Source of the DNA: a virus
Length of the DNA: 64,000 nt
Reading direction: 5' to 3' (one strand)
IMG/VR virus record: IMGVR_UViG_2974496990_000001
Span: 47,606-111,605 of that record
Below the pieces are notes generated by a model. It was not told the DNA's origin. It was given only the letters and a program-made list of their open reading frames with translations, and searched no databases. The translations under genes and the position numbers were made by a program. Shown here in pieces: positions 1 through 9,274 of the stretch (position 1 is its first letter; the number at the start of each line of letters is the position of its first letter).

Positions 1-46
1 TCATTTCAGGAGAACTAAATCGATCTTTATATTCAAATGGATTCAT
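1..46 (-). CDS. Hypothetical protein, N-terminal part (runs off the window edge)
   Basis: ATG at 46 directly after the stop of 48..548; reads MNPFEYKDRFSSPEM to the edge. Confidence 0.5.
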   Translation of the reverse strand, partial: MNPFEYKDRFSSPEM

Positions 47-47
47 C

Positions 48-548
48 TTACACCCCAGGGAAAATGGTTTTAACACGTTCGGCAATAGCACGATCCAGAA
101 CTTCAGTGAACTTCTTATTCAGACGTTCAACAATGATTTGTTCCATACGAGATTCAGACATTTTCAGGGCATTTTCAATACGTCCTTCAAGGTCTTTGAC
201 AGCCTTTTCAACCTGGTCACTTACTGCACCCATAACCTGAGAATAAGCAATACGGTTTGCTTCTTCTTTCATGATACGTTCGAGTTCGAAAGTACCTTCA
301 ACTTTGTTCCAGCCTTTAGAGGCAAAGAAGTGATTAAGTTGTTCTTTAACCATTGGAGATACGTCAGGCAGGCGAGCGCCTACGAGACTGATTTCTTTCT
401 GAATAGTTTCTTGTACTTTGTTCTTACTATTCTTCAGGACGAGTTCCTGGACAACATTATTGATAACTGCTTGCTGGAGCTTAACACGAGAAGCTTCATC
501 ACCGAACAGTTTCATTACAGCATTTGTATCAAGTTTTAAATCGATCAT
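48..548 (-). CDS. Hypothetical coiled-coil protein
   Basis: 166-aa ORF, stop/start overlap with neighbours in the minus-strand operon. Confidence 0.8.
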   Translation of the reverse strand: MIDLKLDTNAVMKLFGDEASRVKLQQAVINNVVQELVLKNSKNKVQETIQKEISLVGARLPDVSPMVKEQLNHFFASKGWNKVEGTFELERIMKEEANRIAYSQVMGAVSDQVEKAVKDLEGRIENALKMSESRMEQIIVERLNKKFTEVLDRAIAERVKTIFPGV

Positions 549-832
549 TTTATGGTTCTCACAAATTTTTGTTTACATGTACGGCACTTGAACTGAAGTG
601 TCGGCGTTGCCCATTGAGTAAGTTGTACCTGAATACTATCGCAGAAAGGACATGGTTCAGCATGCTTTCGAGCCCATTCACGACGATCTGCCATTTGCAT
701 TACAGTGTCCCAATTAATATCAGGGACTTCTTCGTCACAACCTTCGAAAGGGACAGGACCTTTTTCAAGGTCCACTTCGTGCCAGCCTTCAGGTAAAGAT
801 AAATCTAAATCTTCGGCTAATTGATTTTTCAT
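545..832 (-). CDS. Zn-ribbon protein, Lar (restriction alleviation)-like C-terminus
   Basis: PCPFCD...CRTC double CxxC motif. Confidence 0.6.
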   Translation of the reverse strand: MKNQLAEDLDLSLPEGWHEVDLEKGPVPFEGCDEEVPDINWDTVMQMADRREWARKHAEPCPFCDSIQVQLTQWATPTLQFKCRTCKQKFVRTIK

Positions 833-1842
833 TTGCGCAGTTCCTGCATTGCGTGAAGCAATTTACCACGCTGAGCACGCATTTTATCTGCTTTAGAAGT
901 AAGCTCATCAATCTGACGGTCGTACCCATCCAGAATCAGAGTGATTTCATTTACAGACTTTTCCATCTCTTTGAAGAAATGCTCTTCAATAGGAGTATGT
1001 TCAGGCTGAGCAATTTTAAAGTAGGCCAATTCACCACTATTAGACCAATTACCTTTAAGAACAAAATCTTTCTGTTCTGCTGACAAAGGTTCGGTTTTAA
1101 TTGGGTCTGGTTTAACTTGAGCCTGACGAACCGTAATAGTGAACGTATTACCGACAAATGTATAATGCAGCAAGTCTTCATTTACTGAGTCAAGGAATGC
1201 CCGTAACTGGGCAAAGGCCTGGTCTGGAGCATGACCCATCACTTGGACTGTGAACTTATTATCATAACCGGCAACCATCTTAGCATCAATATAAGGCAGA
1301 ATACCACCACAAGTTTTGAACACTAATTCGCGACTACGTCCTACACACAGACGCGAGCCAAGAGTCAGAATCATTCGCCAGTTATAATTAAACTCTGAAC
1401 AGAAGCTTTGAGTATACGCTTTCATTGTCGGAGAACATGCCGAAGTGAAATGACCACGAGCATTCTTACGAGTAAACTTCATGCCTTCTTTACGAACACC
1501 GAACTGAGAGATACGTTTCAGAGCACGGTCTACGGCAAAGTACTTTGAGTCACGCAGAGCTTTATAGAAATCATAGACACACAGATAAGTGTGCGCTGCA
1601 TCCAGACGAGGCAGACGATTCATAATAGCCTGAACACCGCCAATATGGTCGAATGCGTCTTTATTCAGAGAGAAACGAATCTGCTCCACAAATGGTTTTA
1701 CATCACTTGGGTGATTCTTTACAACCATCTTTGAATCGGTAAAATCATCTTTATGATGGTCTGATGGAGAGCGAAAACGATTAGCCGTTTCACGGCACGC
1801 TTCGCGTACTACGATTCTGTTATTCAACTTTTGGATTGACAT
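829..1842 (-). CDS. Hypothetical early/middle protein (nrdC.x region)
   Basis: 337-aa ORF with GAGG SD, downstream of a MotA-type promoter. Confidence 0.8.
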   Translation of the reverse strand: MSIQKLNNRIVVREACRETANRFRSPSDHHKDDFTDSKMVVKNHPSDVKPFVEQIRFSLNKDAFDHIGGVQAIMNRLPRLDAAHTYLCVYDFYKALRDSKYFAVDRALKRISQFGVRKEGMKFTRKNARGHFTSACSPTMKAYTQSFCSEFNYNWRMILTLGSRLCVGRSRELVFKTCGGILPYIDAKMVAGYDNKFTVQVMGHAPDQAFAQLRAFLDSVNEDLLHYTFVGNTFTITVRQAQVKPDPIKTEPLSAEQKDFVLKGNWSNSGELAYFKIAQPEHTPIEEHFFKEMEKSVNEITLILDGYDRQIDELTSKADKMRAQRGKLLHAMQELRK

Positions 1843-1902
1843 AATTTTTTCCTCTATCTCTCTTGGCTGATAAATAATCCCGTTTTGAAAGGACCATGAT
1901 TC

Positions 1903-1930
1903 ATTATACCATAGCCCTTCCTAAAGCATT
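1903..1930 (-). promoter_or_regulatory. T4-type middle promoter (MotA box plus -10)
   Basis: Minus strand AATGCTTTA-N13-TATAAT. Confidence 0.75.
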
Positions 1931-1935
1931 AAAGG

Positions 1936-2145
1936 TTAATCGAAAATCATCTCACAAATCCAAATGAACGGACTGATGAGAACTTTAAGAATATAAAATA
2001 TCCAGAACACAGGCCACATCACAACAACCATTGCTGCAGTATTTCCGTCAAAATCGTCTAAGAACCAATCACCGACCCATCGGAAATAGAAGGCTGAAGC
2101 AAAGCCTATAACAATATAGGCTACCGCGAATAAAATAACTTCCAT
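1936..2145 (-). CDS. Small two-TM membrane protein (WP motif)
   Basis: Two hydrophobic stretches, VVMWPVFW. Confidence 0.75.
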   Translation of the reverse strand: MEVILFAVAYIVIGFASAFYFRWVGDWFLDDFDGNTAAMVVVMWPVFWIFYILKVLISPFIWICEMIFD

Positions 2146-2915
2146 TAAATCACCACTGATGAAGGACGTTTGAAGAATGAATGAGTAATATCATTCACTG
2201 CTTGTGTAAACGTCGCTGTGAACTCGATATCGCCACGGAAATCATTTGGTACTGCCTTAGGCAGAGAACCATAAACCGTAGCACCATTTTCCAGTCGAAC
2301 GGTCATCTTAGCAACAGGTCCCCAGATATCCATCCATTCTTTGACTGAAACTACTTTACCTTTTACCGTCTGTTTGCCCACAGGAGCTTCGCCTTTGGAC
2401 TTATTCAGCTCAGCATAATAATTACTATACCAAGCTTCACTGTACGCCTGAATCGCTTCCAGGATGGTCTTATGAGCACGTACTTTACACATACCTGCTT
2501 TAATTCCACCTTCCAGGTCCCAGATTTTATAAGGAGTCTGGATTTCCATGTTAGAGATTGCTTTAATCTCTTTGTACATATCATACGTCAAACGCAGTTT
2601 CCACCAGCCATGATCGCCTGTGTATTCTGGTTTGTCAAAGCTATCCAACTCAGTGACATATGGAAGGTAACTACCAGCGTGATACGCTTCCACTTCACCT
2701 AATTCATTTTCCCACAAGTAACCATCAAATGGCGCATGTGGACGGTCATCAACACCCCAGGTAGGAGCTACAACTTTATCGAATGATTCACGTCCGTAGA
2801 GGGACTTGCTCCATCCTGAGTTCAACTCCTCGGCGCGTTTTTCAACTTTCGCTCGGTGCTCACGGTGGGCTTTACGATTTTCTTCAAAAAGGTCGTTGAT
2901 GATTTTAGTTAACAT
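2145..2915 (-). CDS. Hypothetical protein with C-terminal OB-fold-like beta domain
   Basis: Start moved to MLTKII (GGAG SD; the promoter -10 overlaps the upstream ATG); VKGKVVSVK...MTVRLENG..VYGSLP. Confidence 0.7.
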   Translation of the reverse strand: MLTKIINDLFEENRKAHREHRAKVEKRAEELNSGWSKSLYGRESFDKVVAPTWGVDDRPHAPFDGYLWENELGEVEAYHAGSYLPYVTELDSFDKPEYTGDHGWWKLRLTYDMYKEIKAISNMEIQTPYKIWDLEGGIKAGMCKVRAHKTILEAIQAYSEAWYSNYYAELNKSKGEAPVGKQTVKGKVVSVKEWMDIWGPVAKMTVRLENGATVYGSLPKAVPNDFRGDIEFTATFTQAVNDITHSFFKRPSSVVI

Positions 2916-2943
2916 TTTGTATCTCCATTGTTGGTGTAGGAGC

Positions 2944-2973
2944 ACTATAACATGCCTCTACACCATTGTAAAC
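2944..2973 (-). promoter_or_regulatory. Early promoter
   Basis: GTTTACA-N17-TATAGT. Confidence 0.85.
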
Positions 2974-3161
2974 TACTTCGTGTTAATGATGTAGGTTAAC
3001 CAGAAAGGCCAGAACAGGATAATCAAAATGTTCTTTGGCAAACGTTGCATTGCCGTCTTACCTTTAACATATCCTGAAGTCACAACCGCCGTCAGGATTC
3101 CTGAAACCATCCAGGCCATAGGAGCCCATACACAAAGTAAAGCCATCGCTAGAGGAGTCAT
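2973..3161 (-). CDS. Small two-TM membrane protein (WP motif)
   Basis: Hydrophobic 62 aa, ILFWPFW. Confidence 0.7.
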   Translation of the reverse strand: MTPLAMALLCVWAPMAWMVSGILTAVVTSGYVKGKTAMQRLPKNILIILFWPFWLTYIINTK

Positions 3162-3334
3162 AGATTACCCTTGTTTTCGTGATATAAAATCCATACGGGC
3201 CAGGCAAGAATGCAGACCAATGTTTTAAACATATTGCTTCGCTTTACTTTAATCCCTGTAATCCAAATACATGAAGCACCAACGAACATCCATGATATAG
3301 CGCCGACAATATTAGCTAACAGAGCTGGTTCCAT
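3158..3334 (-). CDS. Small two-TM membrane protein (58 aa, not in the ORF track)
   Basis: Translated by hand as MEPALLANIV...ILAWPVWILYHENKGNL; TAATG and ATGA overlaps with both neighbours. Confidence 0.7.
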   Translation of the reverse strand: MEPALLANIVGAISWMFVGASCIWITGIKVKRSNMFKTLVCILAWPVWILYHENKGNL

Positions 3335-3681
3335 TAGTAGTAAGTCCTTTCATCATACTCGCCACCAAACCAGGCACTCTGAGGAGCTTTAGGCTGTTGT
3401 GACTTTTTAAATTCGGCACGAGCAATATGAGTAGCCATACTGAAGATGCCTGCGGCTTGAATCTGTTCACGATCCATTGTGATAAGACCTTTGACCTTTG
3501 CGTGCAGAATCACACGCTTACGAGTACCAATCATGCCAGCTGGGAACATACGCATCTGATGATATTGAACGTTCATATACTGACTAAACTTTGCAACGGA
3601 ACGGCACATTGTACGTTTGAACTCTTCACCTGCTTTGTGAAGGTCCCATTCTAAACGAGTTACAGGAGTCATATTAATCAC
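3334..3681 (-). CDS. Hypothetical protein
   Basis: 115-aa ORF, tightly packed in the operon. Confidence 0.75.
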   Translation of the reverse strand: MINMTPVTRLEWDLHKAGEEFKRTMCRSVAKFSQYMNVQYHQMRMFPAGMIGTRKRVILHAKVKGLITMDREQIQAAGIFSMATHIARAEFKKSQQPKAPQSAWFGGEYDERTYY

Positions 3682-3865
3682 CCATTAATGCTTCAACATC
3701 AGAACGGTAGATATTTGCTTCAGCAACTTCTTCGCCATCAAAAGAGGCTTTGATAGAAAGTGTACCAAACAAACTATCATAATCAACAGAAAGCTCGAGC
3801 TCTTCACGAAGAACACGTTTCACTTCGAGCTGAATAAGCTCTTTAATTTGTTCTACAGTAATCAT
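3674..3865 (-). CDS. Hypothetical protein
   Basis: 63-aa acidic ORF, ATGA overlap. Confidence 0.7.
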   Translation of the reverse strand: MITVEQIKELIQLEVKRVLREELELSVDYDSLFGTLSIKASFDGEEVAEANIYRSDVEALMGD

Positions 3866-4365
3866 TGATCGTCACCATTGTACATTTCTTCTTCATCGTA
3901 AACTTCAGGCTTACGTTCCATGATATAGTCATACGGGTCATCAATGTCCATACGTTGCCAGAATGTACCAAGTTGGATATTCTTAGGAGCATTGCTTTTA
4001 GAACCGGTGCAACGACCGATGTCACGACGTGAATACCGATGGTGTCCATTTTCATCCATAATGGTTTCATACGTCGTACGGCCCATGTTTTCAAGGTCTT
4101 TATATTTGACCATCTTGACCGTTTTGCCTTCCAGAGTTTCGTATGTCGCACCCGGAAGAAGCAGAGTTGGGTTACCGTCCAGTGAGTGAACCATCACAAT
4201 AACATCTTCGATGTTTTCGGCCGGATAAGCGATACCTACATTAACACCATGCTGATAAACCGCTTGGTATTGGTTTTCAGCAGAAATAACGGTCTTACGG
4301 AATTTATTGTCCCAAACACCATCAGTGAAGCGTTTGTATTTCAGTTCATAGCGAATCAGTTTCAT
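3862..4365 (-). CDS. Hypothetical protein
   Basis: Start moved to MKLIRY (GAGG SD). Confidence 0.7.
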   Translation of the reverse strand: MKLIRYELKYKRFTDGVWDNKFRKTVISAENQYQAVYQHGVNVGIAYPAENIEDVIVMVHSLDGNPTLLLPGATYETLEGKTVKMVKYKDLENMGRTTYETIMDENGHHRYSRRDIGRCTGSKSNAPKNIQLGTFWQRMDIDDPYDYIMERKPEVYDEEEMYNGDDQ

Positions 4366-4375
4366 AATATTTTCC

Positions 4376-4537
4376 TCAGATTTTGTGGACAGTGTTATCG
4401 CGTTTGTAGATATCAATCAACATCTGGCTTGGCTCTTCATAAGTCCAGGTGTCATAGGCTTTTACCGCAGAAATTGCAATCATAGCTATTGCAAGAATCT
4501 TAACCAGTTCATCAAACACGCTTTTTAAAAATTTCAT
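4376..4537 (-). CDS. Small single-TM protein (53 aa, not in the ORF track)
   Basis: MKFLKSVFDELVKILAIAMIAISAVKAY..., GGAG SD, first gene after an early promoter. Confidence 0.7.
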   Translation of the reverse strand: MKFLKSVFDELVKILAIAMIAISAVKAYDTWTYEEPSQMLIDIYKRDNTVHKI

Positions 4538-4562
4538 TTTGTTTCTCCATTTTGGTAGGAAG

Positions 4563-4592
4563 ACTATAACATGCCTTCCTACCGTTGTAAAC
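4563..4592 (-). promoter_or_regulatory. Early promoter
   Basis: GTTTACA-N17-TATAGT. Confidence 0.85.
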
Positions 4593-4593
4593 C

Positions 4594-5574
4594 TTATTTC
4601 AGAAGAGTTACTTCAGCAATCTCTTCCCAACCATTTGCATCGGTAGCGACGAAGTCAGCCAGATACAACGCTGTACGTAAGGAAACATTACGTAATTTAG
4701 TAACATTAGCCTTCATCCAGTTGAGTGCCATGGACGTCTGAGCGTCGCTTAAACCACGTTTCTGCATCATGTTGGTGTTCAAAATCACGTCTTCAACACG
4801 AATCATGATTTCTTCGTTTGAGTGAACACCCAGGTCCAGATAAACTGAACGTGATACAAGAGCATGAAGGTGTGGAGCAAGTTTAGAACCACGTTCTAAT
4901 TCTTTATCGATATCAACGTTAGTGATGAAAACGATAGTACCTTCGAACTCGAATTCTTTATCGATGTTTTTGTCATCGAGGTAAGAAGAAGCAGTGCTCC
5001 AGCAAACTTTACGAGTTTCGCCTGTATCGAGTGCTGCTTTCAGGAGGTTAAGCATATCCATATCAGAGAATACGTCAACATCATCAATAAGCAGAACGCT
5101 GTTTGCATCACGGTTGTTCCAAAGCTGCTCATAAAGACCGATACCTGAGATTTTACCGTTGATGCTTTTATAAACGATTTCACCATATTCATGTGCAGTT
5201 TTCAGAGCTTTATCCAGGCTGAAAGTCTTACCAATACCTGCAGCACCAGAGATGATTAATGAACGAATGTTGCCAGAGATGATACCTTTGGTCATCATGT
5301 TCATAACTGTGAAGCGTTTGTTGATACGCTGTTTCATTTCCTCGACTGATTCAACTCTAACCAGTGGAGAAACCTCCATACCTTCCATTTCGATATCAGT
5401 TTTGAACACCCATACACCACGTTCTTTGCCATCAACTTGGATGAACACTTTACCATCACCAAGGTGTGCTTCATGAGCAGGAACAACATCTGGGAACCAA
5501 GTCTTGGTTGCAACGAATTTGCCAGAGATGTCGTTACCGCGGAAAGTACCTTTGTTGATTTGAACGTTGAACAT
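4594..5574 (-). CDS. nrdC.10: AAA+ ATPase, NrdC.10-like
   Basis: Walker A GAAGIGKT, Walker B LLIDDVD; size and position match T4 nrdC.10. Confidence 0.8.
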   Translation of the reverse strand: MFNVQINKGTFRGNDISGKFVATKTWFPDVVPAHEAHLGDGKVFIQVDGKERGVWVFKTDIEMEGMEVSPLVRVESVEEMKQRINKRFTVMNMMTKGIISGNIRSLIISGAAGIGKTFSLDKALKTAHEYGEIVYKSINGKISGIGLYEQLWNNRDANSVLLIDDVDVFSDMDMLNLLKAALDTGETRKVCWSTASSYLDDKNIDKEFEFEGTIVFITNVDIDKELERGSKLAPHLHALVSRSVYLDLGVHSNEEIMIRVEDVILNTNMMQKRGLSDAQTSMALNWMKANVTKLRNVSLRTALYLADFVATDANGWEEIAEVTLLK

Positions 5575-5615
5575 TTTATTCTCCAGTGGTTTTCAGTATT
5601 TGTTTCGATGCAGCT

Positions 5616-5644
5616 ATAATAACATGTTGAAAGCAGATGTAAAC
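5616..5644 (-). promoter_or_regulatory. Early promoter
   Basis: GTTTAC...TATTAT. Confidence 0.75.
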
Positions 5645-5646
5645 AC

Positions 5647-6069
5647 TTATTTGCAAAGATTCCACTGAATCAGAGTATATTTTTCATTGTAGCCATCTTT
5701 AATCATCATTGCAGCAAACTCTTCAAAGTTGTTAGAAGCATTGAAGAACGCTATAGCTTTCTTAGTAGGCTTTGCAACACGTTTTTCGGATTTTGCAACT
5801 TTAACTTCTTCAACAACTGGCGCTGCTTCAACGATGTCACAAGAACCATCTGAGTAGCGGGCCCATACTTCGTTACCAACTTTAAACATTGCTGCTTTAC
5901 GACCGTTTGGCATTTCAACCATTTTGCCTTTCAGCTTAGTTACTTCAGTGATAACCTGATCGCCATATTCTTCATAACGATCTTTAGAAGTAACACCATC
6001 AGTAGAAGCAATCATTGGGAAGTTGAAGTGGTAATAAGCAAAGTTACGAATCGCGTAGTAAGTTTTCAT
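5647..6069 (-). CDS. Hypothetical early protein
   Basis: 140-aa ORF with GGAG SD behind an early promoter. Confidence 0.8.
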   Translation of the reverse strand: MKTYYAIRNFAYYHFNFPMIASTDGVTSKDRYEEYGDQVITEVTKLKGKMVEMPNGRKAAMFKVGNEVWARYSDGSCDIVEAAPVVEEVKVAKSEKRVAKPTKKAIAFFNASNNFEEFAAMMIKDGYNEKYTLIQWNLCK

Positions 6070-6116
6070 TTTATATCTCCGTTTAATTTGTTTCAGTTCG
6101 TTTAGCTGATAGGTCT

Positions 6117-6146
6117 ATAGTAACCTGCCTTAAAGCATATGTAAAC
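6117..6146 (-). promoter_or_regulatory. Early promoter (spacer also contains a MotA-like ATGCTTTA)
   Basis: GTTTACA-N17-TACTAT. Confidence 0.8.
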
Positions 6147-6154
6147 TGGAAAGT

Positions 6155-6162
6155 TATAAATA
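6155..6162 (+). promoter_or_regulatory. Late promoter
   Basis: TATAAATA 25 nt upstream of the 6188 ATG, followed by an AGGAG SD. Confidence 0.8.
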
Positions 6163-6187
6163 ATTTAGGCCTAAATAAGGAGATTTT

Positions 6188-6961
6188 ATGTTAATTGCTG
6201 CAGACTCTATAGAAAGCCTGAACACTAAGATTCAAGAGAAGATAGCTGATGGGATGTATTTGTTTGGAGCACCAACTATTCTACCATCTACACAGTTTGA
6301 TTCTGATAGATATTTTCAGTTGATGTCTGACACAAGGGATACTGTACCAGGTCCGCCAGGTGCTAAAGGGGATAAAGGCGATGAAGGAGACCCATCTACT
6401 GTTCCGGGTCCTCCAGGTGCAAAAGGAGATACAGGCGCTGCAGGACTTTCTGCTTATCAAACATGGCTTAATCTCGGGCATACCGGTACTGAACAAGATT
6501 TCTTAAATTCCATAGCAGGAACAAGACAGAAATCTGAAGCGTTTTGGACCGGATTGTCTATAGCATTAACTGCAGGAACTACTTACAATCTGATAAACAT
6601 TTTGAAAGGAACGCCTACTACCGCTGGTCAATTGGCTCCATTCTTTAGAATTGCTGATAATAAATTGTGGCCATTCAACTCTGACACCACAATGACATTT
6701 AAGCTTAACGTAACAGGTGCTTTTACTGGAGCGAGTCAAGCCCGTAGTCTGACAATTAACTTTGTTGGGACTAACGGCAACACTTTAGTTCAAAACCGTC
6801 CTGAAAATGCTATAGACACTATGTCATTTGCCACATTCTTTAGTGTAGACAAGAATGGACAAATGGCAACTAATGGTTCTGTTATCGATATAATCGCCAA
6901 TGGAGGTGTGTTCACCATTAACAGTGTTCTTTTAGTAGCAGAACAAGTAGTGAAGTCTTAA
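6188..6961 (+). CDS. Collagen-like repeat protein, putative virion fibre or decoration
   Basis: Gly-X-Y repeats (GPPGAKGDKGDEG; GPPGAKGDTGAAG), SAYQTW...GTEQDFL linker, beta-rich C-terminus; late promoter. Confidence 0.75.
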   Translation: MLIAADSIESLNTKIQEKIADGMYLFGAPTILPSTQFDSDRYFQLMSDTRDTVPGPPGAKGDKGDEGDPSTVPGPPGAKGDTGAAGLSAYQTWLNLGHTGTEQDFLNSIAGTRQKSEAFWTGLSIALTAGTTYNLINILKGTPTTAGQLAPFFRIADNKLWPFNSDTTMTFKLNVTGAFTGASQARSLTINFVGTNGNTLVQNRPENAIDTMSFATFFSVDKNGQMATNGSVIDIIANGGVFTINSVLLVAEQVVKS

Positions 6962-6966
6962 TGCCC

Positions 6967-6990
6967 GAAAGGGACCGTAAGGTCCCTTTA
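6967..6990. terminator. Rho-independent terminator between convergent genes
   Basis: AAAGGGACC-GTAA-GGTCCCTTTT. Confidence 0.85.
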
Positions 6991-7239
6991 TTATTTGTTA
7001 ATCTGATTTTCGGCGATACGTGCCGGGAACTGAGCAACCCACTTCAGCAAAGACCATAATCCACCAATAATGAACAGTGGGAGCCATAAGATAAAGTAGA
7101 ACCAGTAATCAGAAACAGATTCAATAGTATTGTTCTTGATGAATGCTTTGCACACCAAGAATCCGAGTGCAAAATAAACCAACCCAATAAAGATAGGCAT
7201 AATCCACCATAGTTGTGCTAATAGTAAAGTCATAATCAC
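6991..7239 (-). CDS. Small membrane protein
   Basis: Two hydrophobic segments, FILWLPLF. Confidence 0.75.
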   Translation of the reverse strand: MIMTLLLAQLWWIMPIFIGLVYFALGFLVCKAFIKNNTIESVSDYWFYFILWLPLFIIGGLWSLLKWVAQFPARIAENQINK

Positions 7240-8246
7240 CTGTAATAAGAGTTATGGTTCGCTAAATAAACCTCTTCAAGGAATTTGTTCCAGAAGCTCA
7301 TATCAACTTCTTTACGCATACCGTTCTTTTCTGCATTAACGGCCAACAGTTCTACTATATCAACTGTATCTTCCAGCAATTCTTGAACTTCTTTGAATGG
7401 TAAAGAACCAGACTTAATCAGTCGTACCATTCCGGCTTCACGCAATGGGAATACCAAGTCGCCAGTAGAATAGATTTCTTTCAGCTGAATACCTGCACGA
7501 TAAGCATGACTCAGAGCTTTCCAATCCACACCTTCATTAGCTTCTGCCTTACGAGCACGTTCACCATATTCTGCTTCAAGCTTAGTCAAACTGTATTTGA
7601 TTTCAGCAATAGTGATTGTGTCCTGGAATTTACGACCGAGAACATTATAGAAATGTTGAACACCCATTTTAGAATCAACATCATCTTTCCAGAATAAGAA
7701 TTCACTTGTTGGTAAAAGATGAGCAATTTCACCCAGCTTCCAACGTTGGTTGTGAGCCTTATCTTTAGGACGGTCTTCATATTTCCATTCTGGATATTCG
7801 TTCAGGATATTAAGAATGATTTTCAGGTCGGCCAGACGTGAACCTTTGACACCATATTTCGCTGCCTGTTTACGGACATAACCCAGATAAGATTTCATGT
7901 CAGTAGTATAGAAGCGTTCACGATTATCTTGAATAAACTTCCAGACATCAGGCAGGTCAGATTTAACAACCAGTTCGGCTGGGGTGTGAATCATATCAAG
8001 AGCAACGGTTTCTCCTGACTGAGCAAGCTCCAACCAATACTTCAGAGAATAAAGCTCATGGTCGACATCATCATGGCCATTCTTAGAAGCAGTATTGTTG
8101 GTGTTCATGTTGGTATGGTTCATTGCACGACCCATGAGAATATCTTTTGGGTGTGGAACGAAGATTTCTTTGAAATCTGTGTCACTTTCAGGTGTTGACG
8201 TACCATATAAATGGCTACCGAAGTAGCCTTTCATAACTGTTTTCAT
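7236..8246 (-). CDS. nrdC.11: Pol-beta-like nucleotidyltransferase, NrdC.11
   Basis: GSHLYGTSTPESDTDF motif; 336 aa; closely resembles T4 NrdC.11. Confidence 0.9.
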   Translation of the reverse strand: MKTVMKGYFGSHLYGTSTPESDTDFKEIFVPHPKDILMGRAMNHTNMNTNNTASKNGHDDVDHELYSLKYWLELAQSGETVALDMIHTPAELVVKSDLPDVWKFIQDNRERFYTTDMKSYLGYVRKQAAKYGVKGSRLADLKIILNILNEYPEWKYEDRPKDKAHNQRWKLGEIAHLLPTSEFLFWKDDVDSKMGVQHFYNVLGRKFQDTITIAEIKYSLTKLEAEYGERARKAEANEGVDWKALSHAYRAGIQLKEIYSTGDLVFPLREAGMVRLIKSGSLPFKEVQELLEDTVDIVELLAVNAEKNGMRKEVDMSFWNKFLEEVYLANHNSYYR

Positions 8247-8782
8247 CGTGTAGGATTACCCCATGTGAAGCCACGGAATGTGCGAATCAGAACATCATCG
8301 TTCAGGTTAACGGTGATACCAGCGCCAGAGATGGTATCTTCCATGAACATTGTACCACCATTACGGGCGATAGCAAGTACTCGGAATTCTTTATCATGTT
8401 TACCGAAGATATCGCCAACTTCAACTGGGACCAGTTTAGTAGTCTTTTCATCTGTCCAGTAATTCAGCTCATCGGCCTGAGAAGTATGAAGCTTTTCCTG
8501 TTTGCCTTGAGACATCACAGTGACTTCTTTTACTTTATAGACACCAACTTGGTCTTCAGAATACACAACCAGTTCAATCAAAGTACGATTAGAATAAATT
8601 TTCAGTTGAGTACGGTTTTTATTATTACCATCAATAAAGATGTTATGAGCACCATGAGCCAGAGAAATGAAGTCTACAATACCGTCAATACGACGACCAT
8701 TCTCGAGATGAATTTCTAAAGAACGGCCCACTTCTAGGGCCTTTTTATTACGATCTTCAACTTTAGCTTGTTTAATGAACAT
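8243..8782 (-). CDS. Hypothetical protein
   Basis: 179-aa ORF, AAGG SD. Confidence 0.8.
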   Translation of the reverse strand: MFIKQAKVEDRNKKALEVGRSLEIHLENGRRIDGIVDFISLAHGAHNIFIDGNNKNRTQLKIYSNRTLIELVVYSEDQVGVYKVKEVTVMSQGKQEKLHTSQADELNYWTDEKTTKLVPVEVGDIFGKHDKEFRVLAIARNGGTMFMEDTISGAGITVNLNDDVLIRTFRGFTWGNPTR

Positions 8783-8785
8783 GGC

Positions 8786-9274
8786 TTATTCCTTTTCTTC
8801 TGTTTTTGTGAAGTTCAGAGTAGGACAGAATTTATCATGCTTAGCTTTAACAAAGGCCCATACAATATTAGGCTGTTTCGGTTCGATACCATTTGCACGA
8901 TCAATTTCGGCCTGACGTTCACGTTCTACAGCTTTATCATACTTGCGATCAGACCACCATTCAGAAATACGCTGCCATACCCATACACCACCAAACACCA
9001 CAGCACATGCACCCGCCAGAATTACAGCTAGGAACAGAATAGAACCAAAGAAACTTGCTACATAAGCCCAAACACCGGTTGCACCCCAGGCAATCATTGG
9101 AGCAAGCATCATATTAGACAGCATGATAGTCAAACCGGTAATTACAGCGCTCAAAAATAGAACACGATAAATTACGGCACGTACATAAGGACAAAGAGAA
9201 CGTGGGACACCTTTAGAAGAGGTGAAAGTGTTTTTAACGAGTTTGTAGTGCCAAGAATTTACATTGATATTCAT
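8786..9274 (-). CDS. Membrane protein (two TM plus charged tail)
   Basis: Long hydrophobic segments; start moved to MNINV (AGGA SD). Confidence 0.75.
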   Translation of the reverse strand: MNINVNSWHYKLVKNTFTSSKGVPRSLCPYVRAVIYRVLFLSAVITGLTIMLSNMMLAPMIAWGATGVWAYVASFFGSILFLAVILAGACAVVFGGVWVWQRISEWWSDRKYDKAVERERQAEIDRANGIEPKQPNIVWAFVKAKHDKFCPTLNFTKTEEKE

